Origin: Gaiella sp.
Lineage (GTDB): Bacteria; Actinomycetota; Thermoleophilia; Gaiellales; Gaiellaceae
NCBI GenBank assembly: GCA_046590225.1
Contig: JBKJVI010000086.1
Span: 35,755 to 99,754 of the forward strand
Length of the DNA: 64,000 nucleotides
Reading direction: 5' to 3'
Part shown: positions 1 to 8,120 of the stretch, in pieces
Layout of the letters: every line of letters begins with the position of its first letter
Position numbering within the stretch: position 1 is the first letter of the stretch
The notes under the pieces: model-generated
Told to the model about the DNA's origin: nothing
The model's database searches: none
Seen by the model: the letters and a program-made list of their open reading frames with translations, nothing else
Made by a program: the position numbers and the translations under genes

Positions 1-403
1 CGGGCGAGAGCCGACGATCGAGGAGATCGCAGACGAGGCCAACCTGACGGTGCAGCAGGTGATCGAGGTGCGGGCAGCCGCACGCGCCTCTGCGAGCCTC
101 GACGCGCCCGTGGGCGACGCCGGCGACGCGGTGCTCGGTGACTTTGTCGCGGGCGACGAGCTGCTGCCCGAGGAGACCGTCGAGCTCGAGCTTCGCAGTC
201 AGGCCCTTCGCGCAGCGCTCGGCTCGCTCCCCGAGCGCGAGCGGGAGGTTGTCACGCTCCGCTACGGACTCGGCGGGACGGAGCCGAAGACCCTCGAAGA
301 GATCGGTCGACGACTGGGCCTCACCCGCGAGCGCGTCCGACAGATTGAGCTCGAGTCGTTGCGGCGCCTCGCCGGCCAGCGGGAGATGCAGGCGGTCATG
401 TAG
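1..403 (+). CDS. RpoD/SigA-family sigma-70 factor, 5'-truncated by window edge (regions 3-4)
   Basis: ASLDAPVGD (region 3.2), LPEREREVVTLRYGL and KTLEEIGRRLGLTRERVRQIE (region 4 HTH); frame open from window start, TAG at 401-403. Confidence 0.9.
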   Translation, partial: GREPTIEEIADEANLTVQQVIEVRAAARASASLDAPVGDAGDAVLGDFVAGDELLPEETVELELRSQALRAALGSLPEREREVVTLRYGLGGTEPKTLEEIGRRLGLTRERVRQIELESLRRLAGQREMQAVM

Positions 404-420
404 CGCCCTGTCGCCCGGGT

Positions 421-1314
421 CTACGTGCGGAGGTACAGCTCGAGAGCGGGAGCAACCGAGCGGAGCTCGCGCAACGCGCGTGTCTCGAGCTGTCGTACAC
501 GCTCGCGGGTGATCCCGAGCACGGCGCCGACTTCCTCGAGCGTCTTCGGCCGGCCGCCGTCGAGACCGAACCGTTCCGTCAGGACGCGTTGCTGGCGCGG
601 ATTGAGTCGGAGCATGGCTGCCGCGAGCTCGGACGAGCGGAAGCTCTCCGAGGTCTCGAGCTCCGGGGCCAGCGCATTCTGGTCCTCGATCAGATCACTC
701 ATCACGCTCTCGCCGTCACCGACGGGCGTATCCAGCGACACGTGATCCTGGACGAGCTCGAGGAGCTTCTCCACCTTGGCCGGCGTGAACTCTGCCTCGG
801 CGGCGATCTCCTCGACCGTCGGGTCGCGGTTGAGCTTCTGGCCGAGCGTGCGCCGGGCGCGCGTCACGCGGCGCACCTGATCGGCCACGTGGACGGGAAG
901 GCGGATCGTTCGACCCTGCTCGGCGAGTGCCCGCGAGACGGCCTGGCGGATCCACCAGGTCGCATAGGTCGAGAGCTTGTAGCCCAGCGTGTAGTCGAAC
1001 TTCTCCACGGCGCGGATCAGACCGAGGTTCCCCTCCTGGATCAGATCGAGAAGCGGCACGCCGGCACGGGTGTAGTGTCGGGTGATCGACATCACGAGGC
1101 GCAGGTTGCACTCGATCAGGCGGCTCTTCGCCTCCTCGTCACCGAGATCTTTGCGGCGGGCAAGCTCTCGTTCCTCCGCGTGGGTGAGGAGCCGGCCGTT
1201 GCCGATCTGTCGAACGTAGAGCTTCAAGGGGTCCTGGGTGGCGGGTTCCGTCGCGTCGATCAGCCCATCTCCGGGCACGGGATCGAACAGCGGCTCCGCG
1301 GCGTTGCCTTCCAT
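421..1314 (-). CDS. RpoD-family sigma-70 factor lacking region 1.1 (group 2-like)
   Basis: [11 protein letters not shown] (1.2), [51 protein letters not shown]; 297 aa. Confidence 0.93.
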   Translation of the reverse strand: MEGNAAEPLFDPVPGDGLIDATEPATQDPLKLYVRQIGNGRLLTHAEERELARRKDLGDEEAKSRLIECNLRLVMSITRHYTRAGVPLLDLIQEGNLGLIRAVEKFDYTLGYKLSTYATWWIRQAVSRALAEQGRTIRLPVHVADQVRRVTRARRTLGQKLNRDPTVEEIAAEAEFTPAKVEKLLELVQDHVSLDTPVGDGESVMSDLIEDQNALAPELETSESFRSSELAAAMLRLNPRQQRVLTERFGLDGGRPKTLEEVGAVLGITRERVRQLETRALRELRSVAPALELYLRT

Positions 1315-1321
1315 TCCACCC

Positions 1322-1349
1322 GTATCGGCGGCATGCCTCCCCCACTTGA
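1322..1349 (-). promoter_or_regulatory. putative sigma28 (FliA/WhiG-type) promoter TCAA-N16-GCCGATAC
   Basis: Minus strand CTCAAG tgggggaggcatgcc GCCGATAC, ending 7 nt before the sigma ATG at 1314; resembles TAAA-N15/16-GCCGATAA. Confidence 0.5.
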
Positions 1350-1391
1350 GGTATTTGCGTGGGCAACACAGGAATCTCCACCGGAACTGCG

Positions 1392-1418
1392 TACAGAAAC
1401 CTCATCTCCGGCCGATAC
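1392..1418 (+). promoter_or_regulatory. putative sigma28-type promoter TACA-N15-GCCGATAC
   Basis: GCCGATAC at 1411-1418, TACA at 1392-1395, upstream of ATG 1460. Confidence 0.4.
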
Positions 1419-1459
1419 CCTCACTACGAAATGTCGAGATCAGGTCATCGAGTCCTCTG

Positions 1460-2275
1460 ATGTGTGGAATCGCGGGATACAGCCTCCACACCGACTCGCG
1501 CGTCGATCGGACGCTTGCTGCCCAGGCGCTCCTCGCCGGCATTGCCGAACGCGGTGCCGATGCGGCAGGGTTTGCCCATCGTGGCCCCACACCGTCCGTC
1601 ACGATCCACAAGCAGCGAACAGGTGCCACGGCGTTGCTCGACGAGATCGAGCTTCCAGCCGACACGAGTGACGTTCTGGTGCACGTGCGCGACTTCACCA
1701 AAGGGCATCCGACGCTCCATGCGAACAATCATCCGATCCGGCATGGTTCGGTCGTCGGGATCCACAACGGTGTCATAGCGAACGATGAGGAGATCTTCGC
1801 CCGCCACGCGATCGAGCACGCCGAGCCTGGCATGACCGTCGACTCGGAGGCGATCTTTGCGCTCGTCGAGCGGTGCGGCGCCGATCACGCTGCTCTCGAG
1901 GAGTTGCGCGGGACAATGGCGTCCGCGTGGCTCGACGAGCGCACTCCCCGGGGCCTTTACCTCGCCCGCGGTGTTGCGCGGCCTCTCTGGATCGGTCGAG
2001 CCCGCCGTGAGCTGTTCTTCGCCTCGACCAAGGCCGCACTCGAGGTCGTCGAGGGAACGCTGCGCCTGACCCTGCGAAAGCACGAGGTCGCCGAGGGCCG
2101 GTTGTTGCACATTGCGGGCGGCTCGATCGTCGCCGAGAACCGTTTTCGACCCGATCCGTCGTATCGTAATCGCACGACAGTGCAGCCGGTTGCGACGCCG
2201 CACGAAGGCGTCTCGTGCCTCGCGAAGCTCGCCATCGTCGCCCCTACGGTGGCGTCAGCGAGCCGTCAACGTTGA
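1460..2275 (+). CDS. stand-alone class II (Ntn) glutamine amidotransferase
   Basis: N-terminal MCGIAG (Cys nucleophile), RGADAAG, HVR..TKG, NNHP, HNGVIAN, VDSE; no SIS or synthetase domain; start reset to ATG 1460 so Cys follows Met. Confidence 0.85.
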   Translation: MCGIAGYSLHTDSRVDRTLAAQALLAGIAERGADAAGFAHRGPTPSVTIHKQRTGATALLDEIELPADTSDVLVHVRDFTKGHPTLHANNHPIRHGSVVGIHNGVIANDEEIFARHAIEHAEPGMTVDSEAIFALVERCGADHAALEELRGTMASAWLDERTPRGLYLARGVARPLWIGRARRELFFASTKAALEVVEGTLRLTLRKHEVAEGRLLHIAGGSIVAENRFRPDPSYRNRTTVQPVATPHEGVSCLAKLAIVAPTVASASRQR

Positions 2276-2936
2276 CGGCGACACCCTCGGCGCGCAGTCG
2301 CTCGCGGACGAGGAACTGGAACGCTGCCCACGGTCCCGCGTCGATGTCGACGAGCCGGTAGACCTGCCACTCCGACTGCAGCTCCGGCCGGCGCCGGCGC
2401 GCCTCCTTCCAGTCGGCCATCTTCGGGAGGCGGCCGAGTTCCCGCGCGAGCACGGCGCCATTCTCGACCGCGCGCTCGAGCTTCTCGTCACCGACGGGTA
2501 CGTCGAACCCCGCCTCGCGCAGCGCCTCGGTCAGTGAGCCGAACGTGTGCCAGATCAGCGATTTTGATGCCATCCGCTTGCGGTTCGCATCGAGGTCGCG
2601 CGCGGTGGGTGTGCGCCCGAGCTCCTGACCGAGCTCTCGAAGCTGCGCGAGCAACTCCTCGCGACTGATGAAGCGCCGCGGCGTCAGGCCCGCAGCTCGT
2701 TTCGCGGCGTTCCACGTACCGAAGTGCTCGATCACCGTCTGCGGATGGATCCCAGCCTCGGGGTCGGCGGCGAACTCCCGCATCGTCGGAGAGCGCCCGA
2801 GTCGGTCGGCGCTCGCGCGTAACTGCTCGAGGATCTGCTCATCGCTGTAGCGCCGTCTGATGCCTGCGCGAAACTCCGCGAGAGCTGCCTCGTCGATCCC
2901 GGCGAGGGCCGGGTGTCGGCGACGGGGCCTGGACAT
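2244..2936 (-). CDS. homing-endonuclease-associated-repeat protein (three repeats, no nuclease domain seen)
   Basis: Repeats YSDEQILEQLRASADRLGRSPT..FGTWNAAKRAAGL / ISREELLAQLRELGQELGRTPT..FGSLTEALREAGF / LARELGRLPKMADW. Confidence 0.75.
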   Translation of the reverse strand: MSRPRRRHPALAGIDEAALAEFRAGIRRRYSDEQILEQLRASADRLGRSPTMREFAADPEAGIHPQTVIEHFGTWNAAKRAAGLTPRRFISREELLAQLRELGQELGRTPTARDLDANRKRMASKSLIWHTFGSLTEALREAGFDVPVGDEKLERAVENGAVLARELGRLPKMADWKEARRRRPELQSEWQVYRLVDIDAGPWAAFQFLVRERLRAEGVAVNVDGSLTPP

Positions 2937-3021
2937 ATGCAATCACTGTAGATCATTCTGCGATATTTGCAAGTAGGCCAGAACGCGTGTCGTTCTCGGC
3001 CTCCGGGTAGGCTCGGAGGCG

Positions 3022-4392
3022 ATGGGAGTGCGCCTCACGGTCGAAACGTCGGCCGCCAGGCTCGTCGGCCGTGTCTCACGCGCCGCCGGACGTGGCGGGG
3101 GTACGACACTGCCCGGGAAGCTGCTCTGGAAGGTCGACCCGGCAGCAGTCGACGCGCTTGCGGCGCGGCTTCCCTCGGGCGTCGCTCTCGTTTCGGCGAC
3201 GAACGGAAAGACGACGACGAGCGCGATGATCGCCAGGATTCTCGGCCCGCGCTACAGGCTCGCCTGGAACAACTCTGGCGCGAATCTGGCCTCCGGTATT
3301 GCCTCCACCCTCCTCTCGACGCCGTCTGCCGATCTCGGCCTGTTGGAGGTCGACGAGTTCGCGCTCCCCGAGGTCATGCGTCGCGTTCGGCCGCGCGTCG
3401 TCGCGCTCGGGAACCTCTTCCGCGACCAACTCGATCGCTACGGCGAGCTGGAGCACATCGCCGAGCGCTGGCGGGAAGCCGTGAGCGGTCTCTCCCCCAC
3501 GTCCACGCTCGTCGTCAACGCCGACGATCCTCTTATTGCAGACCTGGCGGAGGGCCGCGCGCGCGCGCTGCGCTACGGGCTCGACGATCCGCGACTCGCC
3601 CGATCGGGGTTGCAACATGCCGCCGATTCGAAGTACTGCGTTCGGTGTGGCGGCCCGTACAGCTATGCGGCCGCATACGTCGGCCATCTCGGGGACTACC
3701 GGTGTCCCGCGTGCGGCCATTGCCGACCGACGCTCGACGTGGCAGCACGCTCGATCGATCTCGAGGCGCTCGACGCTTCGGTCTTCGACCTCGTCACGCC
3801 TGCCGGCACGGCACGCGTGCGGCTCCCGCTCCCGGGCCTCTACAACGTCTACAACGCGCTCGCAGCGAGCGCAACGGCGCTCGCGCTCGATGCCTCGCTC
3901 GACGAGATCGTCGCCGGCCTCGGGAGCTTCACTGCCGCGTTCGGTCGCTTCGAGCGAATCAAGGCGGGCGACCGACAGATCCTGATGCTGCTGATCAAGA
4001 ACCCGGCAGGAGCAAACGAGGCGGTCCGCACGCTCGAGGAGGGTGGCGTGCCCGAGACGCTGCTTATCGCGCTCAACGACCGGATCGCCGACGGTCGGGA
4101 CGTCTCCTGGATCTGGGACGTCGACTTCGAGCCGCTGCTCCGCGAGGCGCGGAGAATCATCGTGAGTGGAGAGCGGGCAGCCGAGCTCGCACTGCGGTTC
4201 ACCTACGCCGGATTCTCCCCCTCGCAGCTCAAGGTGATTCCCGATCTCCGCGAGGCACTCGACCGCGGCCTCGCGCTCACCCCGGTGGGCGGCGAGCTCG
4301 GCGTTCTGCCGACCTACACGGCGATGCTCGACCTGCGCGCGATCGCCGTCTCCCGCGGCCTCGTGCGGCCGTTCTGGGAGGAGACTGCATGA
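3022..4392 (+). CDS. murT: lipid II isoglutaminyl synthase subunit MurT
   Basis: GGGTTLPG, TNGKTTT P-loop, NLFRDQLDRYGE, CxxC..CxxC, KNPAG, DGRDVSWIWDVDFE, TYTAML. Confidence 0.93.
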   Translation: MGVRLTVETSAARLVGRVSRAAGRGGGTTLPGKLLWKVDPAAVDALAARLPSGVALVSATNGKTTTSAMIARILGPRYRLAWNNSGANLASGIASTLLSTPSADLGLLEVDEFALPEVMRRVRPRVVALGNLFRDQLDRYGELEHIAERWREAVSGLSPTSTLVVNADDPLIADLAEGRARALRYGLDDPRLARSGLQHAADSKYCVRCGGPYSYAAAYVGHLGDYRCPACGHCRPTLDVAARSIDLEALDASVFDLVTPAGTARVRLPLPGLYNVYNALAASATALALDASLDEIVAGLGSFTAAFGRFERIKAGDRQILMLLIKNPAGANEAVRTLEEGGVPETLLIALNDRIADGRDVSWIWDVDFEPLLREARRIIVSGERAAELALRFTYAGFSPSQLKVIPDLREALDRGLALTPVGGELGVLPTYTAMLDLRAIAVSRGLVRPFWEETA

Positions 4393-5129
4393 AGATCCGC
4401 GTCGCCCATCTCTATCCCGACTACCTGAACATCTACGCCGACCGCGGCAACATCGCCGTCTTCGAGCGTCGGGCAACCTTGCGCGGACATGAGCTCGAGA
4501 TCACGAGCCTCGCGCCCGGTGAGCGCCTCGAGCCGTCGGCGTTCGATCTGATCTACATCGGCGGCGGGCAGGACCGCGAGCAGACGCTGATTGCACCGGA
4601 CCTCGCAGCGCGTGGTGAGGCGATCTGCAAGGCCGTTGACGGAGGAACCGCGCTCCTCGCCGTGTGCGGTGGCTACCAGCTGCTCGGGCGTGGCTACCGC
4701 GGGCGGGACGGGTCGACGATGCCGGGAGCCGGCCTCTTCCCGCACGAGACGATCGCGGGCGACAAGCGTCTGATCGGCGACGTGCTCCTCGATGTCGATC
4801 TCGACGGCGTTGCGACGAGCGTGGCCGGGTTCGAGAACCACGCAGGCCGGACGCTCCTCGATGCAGGCGCTGCGCCACTCGGGCGAGTTGTCGCAGGCCA
4901 TGGCAATGACGGGACGTCGGGGTACGAAGGGTGTCGAGTCGGCGCGGCCATCGGCACGTATCTGCACGGCCCCCTGCTCCCCCGCAACCCGGTCCTGGCG
5001 GACTGGCTGCTCGGCCAGGCCCTTGCCCACGCGGGCGGCTCGGGCGAGCTCGAGCCATTGCCGGACGAGCTCGAGCGTCTTGCTCATGCGGTTTCTGCCG
5101 GGCGCGCCCGCTCTCGCGGCGGACGGTAG
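4389..5129 (+). CDS. gatD: lipid II isoglutaminyl synthase glutaminase subunit GatD
   Basis: LYPDYLNIYADRGN, GGGQDREQ, AVCGGYQLLG, GFENH, TYLHGPLLPRNP; ATGA overlap with murT. Confidence 0.93.
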   Translation: MKIRVAHLYPDYLNIYADRGNIAVFERRATLRGHELEITSLAPGERLEPSAFDLIYIGGGQDREQTLIAPDLAARGEAICKAVDGGTALLAVCGGYQLLGRGYRGRDGSTMPGAGLFPHETIAGDKRLIGDVLLDVDLDGVATSVAGFENHAGRTLLDAGAAPLGRVVAGHGNDGTSGYEGCRVGAAIGTYLHGPLLPRNPVLADWLLGQALAHAGGSGELEPLPDELERLAHAVSAGRARSRGGR

Positions 5130-5140
5130 GTTCGCGACCA

Positions 5141-5896
5141 CTAGCCCGCGACGAGTCGCCGCACGAGCCGCTCGAGCTGCTCCTCCGTCACGCCGGCATC
5201 GGTGAGATACGACCTCGCGCCCCCTGCGTTGTCGAGCCAGGCGAGCACGGCCTCCATCGTCCCCGCGGGCGAGAGCGCCGAGCGGAGTCGGGTCTCGCGC
5301 TCGTCGTCGTCTCGAGCCTGCGCCACCCAGGGATCGAAGAGCCCGCCCAGGTTGGCGTGACTCGCGGCGTAGTCGGCGGCAATCTCGTGATCGAGGACGT
5401 CGACGGCGCCGAGGAGGAGCGCCGTGACGATCCCGGTTCGATCCTTGCCTGCGAAGCAATGGATCAGGACGCCGTGTTCCTCGTCGGCGTCGGCGACGGC
5501 CGCGACCGCTTCCGCAACCCTCTGGGGCGCGTGCTCGAGTGTCCTGATGTACCCGGCGGCGAAGACCGCACCGATGTCATCGGTCGCGAGCAGCCGCTCG
5601 TCGAACGCCTTCGCAGCCTCGGGATCGTGGCGACCGAAGAGGGAGATCGAGATCACATCAACGTCGGCATGCGCGTCGTTTTCGCCCGGGGACTCCCCTG
5701 CGAAGCGAAGGTCGACAACGCGCCGGATCCCGTGATCGAGCGCGTCTTGCCATCCGGCTTCGCTGAGCCGCCGCACGTTGTCTGCCCGTACGACGACCCC
5801 GTGGCGTGTGCGGCCCCCTGAGGCCGTTTCCAGCCCGCCCAGGTCGCGGACATTGAAACACCCGTCCCAGGCGAGCGAGCGCTCTACGGTGCCCAC
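5141..5896 (-). CDS. protein-tyrosine/lipid phosphatase (MptpB-like)
   Basis: NVRDLGG and P-loop HCFAGKDRTG. Confidence 0.88.
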   Translation of the reverse strand: MGTVERSLAWDGCFNVRDLGGLETASGGRTRHGVVVRADNVRRLSEAGWQDALDHGIRRVVDLRFAGESPGENDAHADVDVISISLFGRHDPEAAKAFDERLLATDDIGAVFAAGYIRTLEHAPQRVAEAVAAVADADEEHGVLIHCFAGKDRTGIVTALLLGAVDVLDHEIAADYAASHANLGGLFDPWVAQARDDDERETRLRSALSPAGTMEAVLAWLDNAGGARSYLTDAGVTEEQLERLVRRLVAG

Positions 5897-6348
5897 AGCG
5901 AGCCGAGATAGACGCAGGGGTCTCCGGATTGGAAGCGGCGCAGGAACCGCCCGATCGGCGGATGTAACGACAACCCCTCGAGCTCGTCGAGGGCGAAGAG
6001 GCGGTGCCCCCTAACGGCATCGTCGCGGGAGACGACATCGGCGAGCGACCCGGTGAGCTCCCCTGCGAACACCACATGCACGACGTGCTTCGACCACAGG
6101 CTTCGTTCGGGGGAGATCGATTCGACGATCACGACCGGGCCTTCGACCGGAATCTCGTCGCCGCCTTCGATCAGACCGGTTTCCTCGCCAAGCTCGCGCT
6201 CGAGAGCATCCGTTAGCGTCTCTCCGCTGCGCACCCCCCCACCCGGCAACAACCAGTTCTCCCGGCCCCGCTTCTCGTGTCGGCAGAGTAGGATCCGACC
6301 GTTCCAGCGAAGGATCGCGGAGACGCGAATCCGAGGCTCGGGCCTCAT
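5884..6348 (-). CDS. NUDIX hydrolase
   Basis: Nudix box LPGGGVRSGETLTDALERELGEETG. Confidence 0.88.
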   Translation of the reverse strand: MRPEPRIRVSAILRWNGRILLCRHEKRGRENWLLPGGGVRSGETLTDALERELGEETGLIEGGDEIPVEGPVVIVESISPERSLWSKHVVHVVFAGELTGSLADVVSRDDAVRGHRLFALDELEGLSLHPPIGRFLRRFQSGDPCVYLGSLWAP

Positions 6349-6791
6349 CGCATTCCCGAGGATCCGAAACCGTCGGTTCCGCGTGCGCTCGCGCTGAGCT
6401 CGGTGAGCTCGCTTACCTCGACGACCCTCACGGGCGTCACCGGCATCACGAGAAGCTGTGCGATCCTCATCCCTCGCTCCACCGTGAAGGTGTCGCGGCG
6501 GTCGGTATTGAGGAGGAGCACCTGAACCTCGCCGCGGTAGCCCGCATCGATCACGCCCGGTGTGTTGACGATGGAGATCCCGTGGCGGAGAGCGAGCCCC
6601 GAGCGGGGCGCGACGATGCCGGCGTGATCAGCGGGAATCTCGACGGCGAGACCGGTCGAGACGAGTGCGCGCTCACCCGGTCCGATCGTCATCTCCTCAC
6701 ACGCGCTGAGGTCAAGGCCCGCATCGCTCGCGTGGGAGCGAGTGGGTAGCACTGCGTCGTCGCGCAGCCTTGTGACGCGAAGCTCACTCAT
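6345..6791 (-). CDS. dut: dUTP diphosphatase
   Basis: AGLDL, PRSGLA, GVIDAGYRGEV, RIAQL, RGTDGFGSSG. Confidence 0.96.
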   Translation of the reverse strand: MSELRVTRLRDDAVLPTRSHASDAGLDLSACEEMTIGPGERALVSTGLAVEIPADHAGIVAPRSGLALRHGISIVNTPGVIDAGYRGEVQVLLLNTDRRDTFTVERGMRIAQLLVMPVTPVRVVEVSELTELSASARGTDGFGSSGMR

Positions 6792-8032
6792 GGGATCGCG
6801 GCAGATCCCAGATCGTCACCGGCAATGAGATAGCGAGCGAAGCGTCGGCTGTCGCGATGCGAGAGCTTCGCGCGAATCAGCACGCCCTCGTCGGTATCGC
6901 GCCGCTCGTCGATCGGCGCGCCGAGCGCATAGAGGGCGGAAAGGGCAGTTCCCTCGTCGTAGGGAACGAGCAGACGGACGTCCTCGTAGCGATCGGCGAA
7001 GAGCGTTGCGACTCTATCCCGGAGCTCGTCCAGCCCCTCGCCCGTGACCGCTGAAACCCGGATCGCCTCGGGGAACCGGTTCGCGATGCGGCGCTGGCCT
7101 AATGGGTCGAGCCGGTCGATCTTGTTCATGACCAGCGTGATCGGCAGCTCCTCGCCACCGATCTCGGTGAGCACCGCGTCGACTGCCGCGATCTGCTCGC
7201 GCATCCTGTCCTCCGGCAGCGATGCGTCGACGACGTGGAGGATGAGGTCGGCCACGAGTGTCTCCTCCAGGGTCGACGCGAATCCCTGGACGAGCTGGGT
7301 CGGCAGGCGGCGGATGAAGCCGACAGTGTCGGTGACGAGATATCGCTTGCCGTCGTTGTCGAAGCCGCGCGTTGTCGGATCGAGCGTCTCGAAGAGGCGG
7401 TTCTCGACGGAAACGTCGGCACCTGTCAGCGCGTTGAGCAGCGTTGACTTGCCCACGTTCGTGTACCCGGCGAGAGCAACGGTCGGCACCTCCGCCCGCT
7501 TGCGTTCCTTGCGCCGGACCCCGCGCTGGGCCTGGAGAGCCTTGAGCCGGCCGCGGAGCACGGTGACGCGATGACGGGCCATTCGGCGGTCGCTCTCGAG
7601 CTGGGACTCGCCGGGGCCGCGTGTACCGACGCCGCCACCGAGACGTTCGAGGTGCTTCCACATCCCGCGCATCCGCGGCAGGTTGTACTCGAGCTGAGCG
7701 AGCTCGACCTGGAGCTTTCCCTCCGCGCTGATCGCATGTTGGGCGAAGATTGCGAGGATCAGCTGGGTGCGGTCGACGACGCGCGTCGAGAGGGCGTCCT
7801 CGAGCGCTCGCTGCTGCGTGGGGTCGAGTTCGTCGTCGACGATGAGCACATCGGCCTCGCTCTCGGCGTAGAGCGTCTTCAGCTCCTCGAGCTTGCCCTT
7901 GCCGACGTACGTCTTCTGATCGGGACGGCCTCGTTGCTGGACGAGCTCCGCCACCGGTACGACGAGCGCAGTCCGGGTCAGCTCGCGGAGCTCGCCGAGC
8001 TCGTCTTCGGCGTCCGCTCCGCGCGGGAGCAC
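6788..8032 (-). CDS. hflX: GTPase HflX (true start may be upstream, see findings)
   Basis: EGKLQVELAQL, GTRGPGE, GYTNVGKSTL, LFETLDPT, DTVGFI, NKID. Confidence 0.95.
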   Translation of the reverse strand: MLPRGADAEDELGELRELTRTALVVPVAELVQQRGRPDQKTYVGKGKLEELKTLYAESEADVLIVDDELDPTQQRALEDALSTRVVDRTQLILAIFAQHAISAEGKLQVELAQLEYNLPRMRGMWKHLERLGGGVGTRGPGESQLESDRRMARHRVTVLRGRLKALQAQRGVRRKERKRAEVPTVALAGYTNVGKSTLLNALTGADVSVENRLFETLDPTTRGFDNDGKRYLVTDTVGFIRRLPTQLVQGFASTLEETLVADLILHVVDASLPEDRMREQIAAVDAVLTEIGGEELPITLVMNKIDRLDPLGQRRIANRFPEAIRVSAVTGEGLDELRDRVATLFADRYEDVRLLVPYDEGTALSALYALGAPIDERRDTDEGVLIRAKLSHRDSRRFARYLIAGDDLGSAAIP

Positions 8033-8120
8033 GGCAAGCAGGAGCCCCTTCTCGGGCTCGAGACCTTCCGGGGTGTCGGATCGGCGCGTGATGGAGAGAG
8101 TATGCCGGTACGCTCGAGCT

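Noticed and set aside
2981-2995. GAAC...GTTC upstream of murT as an SOS box
   Set aside because: Spacer is 7 nt, not 4
2967-4388. Long N-terminal extensions in the ORF track (GatD 720 aa, CarB 1292 aa, GT4 707 aa, GT-C 976 aa) suggesting fusions
   Set aside because: Extensions overlap neighbouring genes and are Arg/Pro-rich noise; homology begins at later starts
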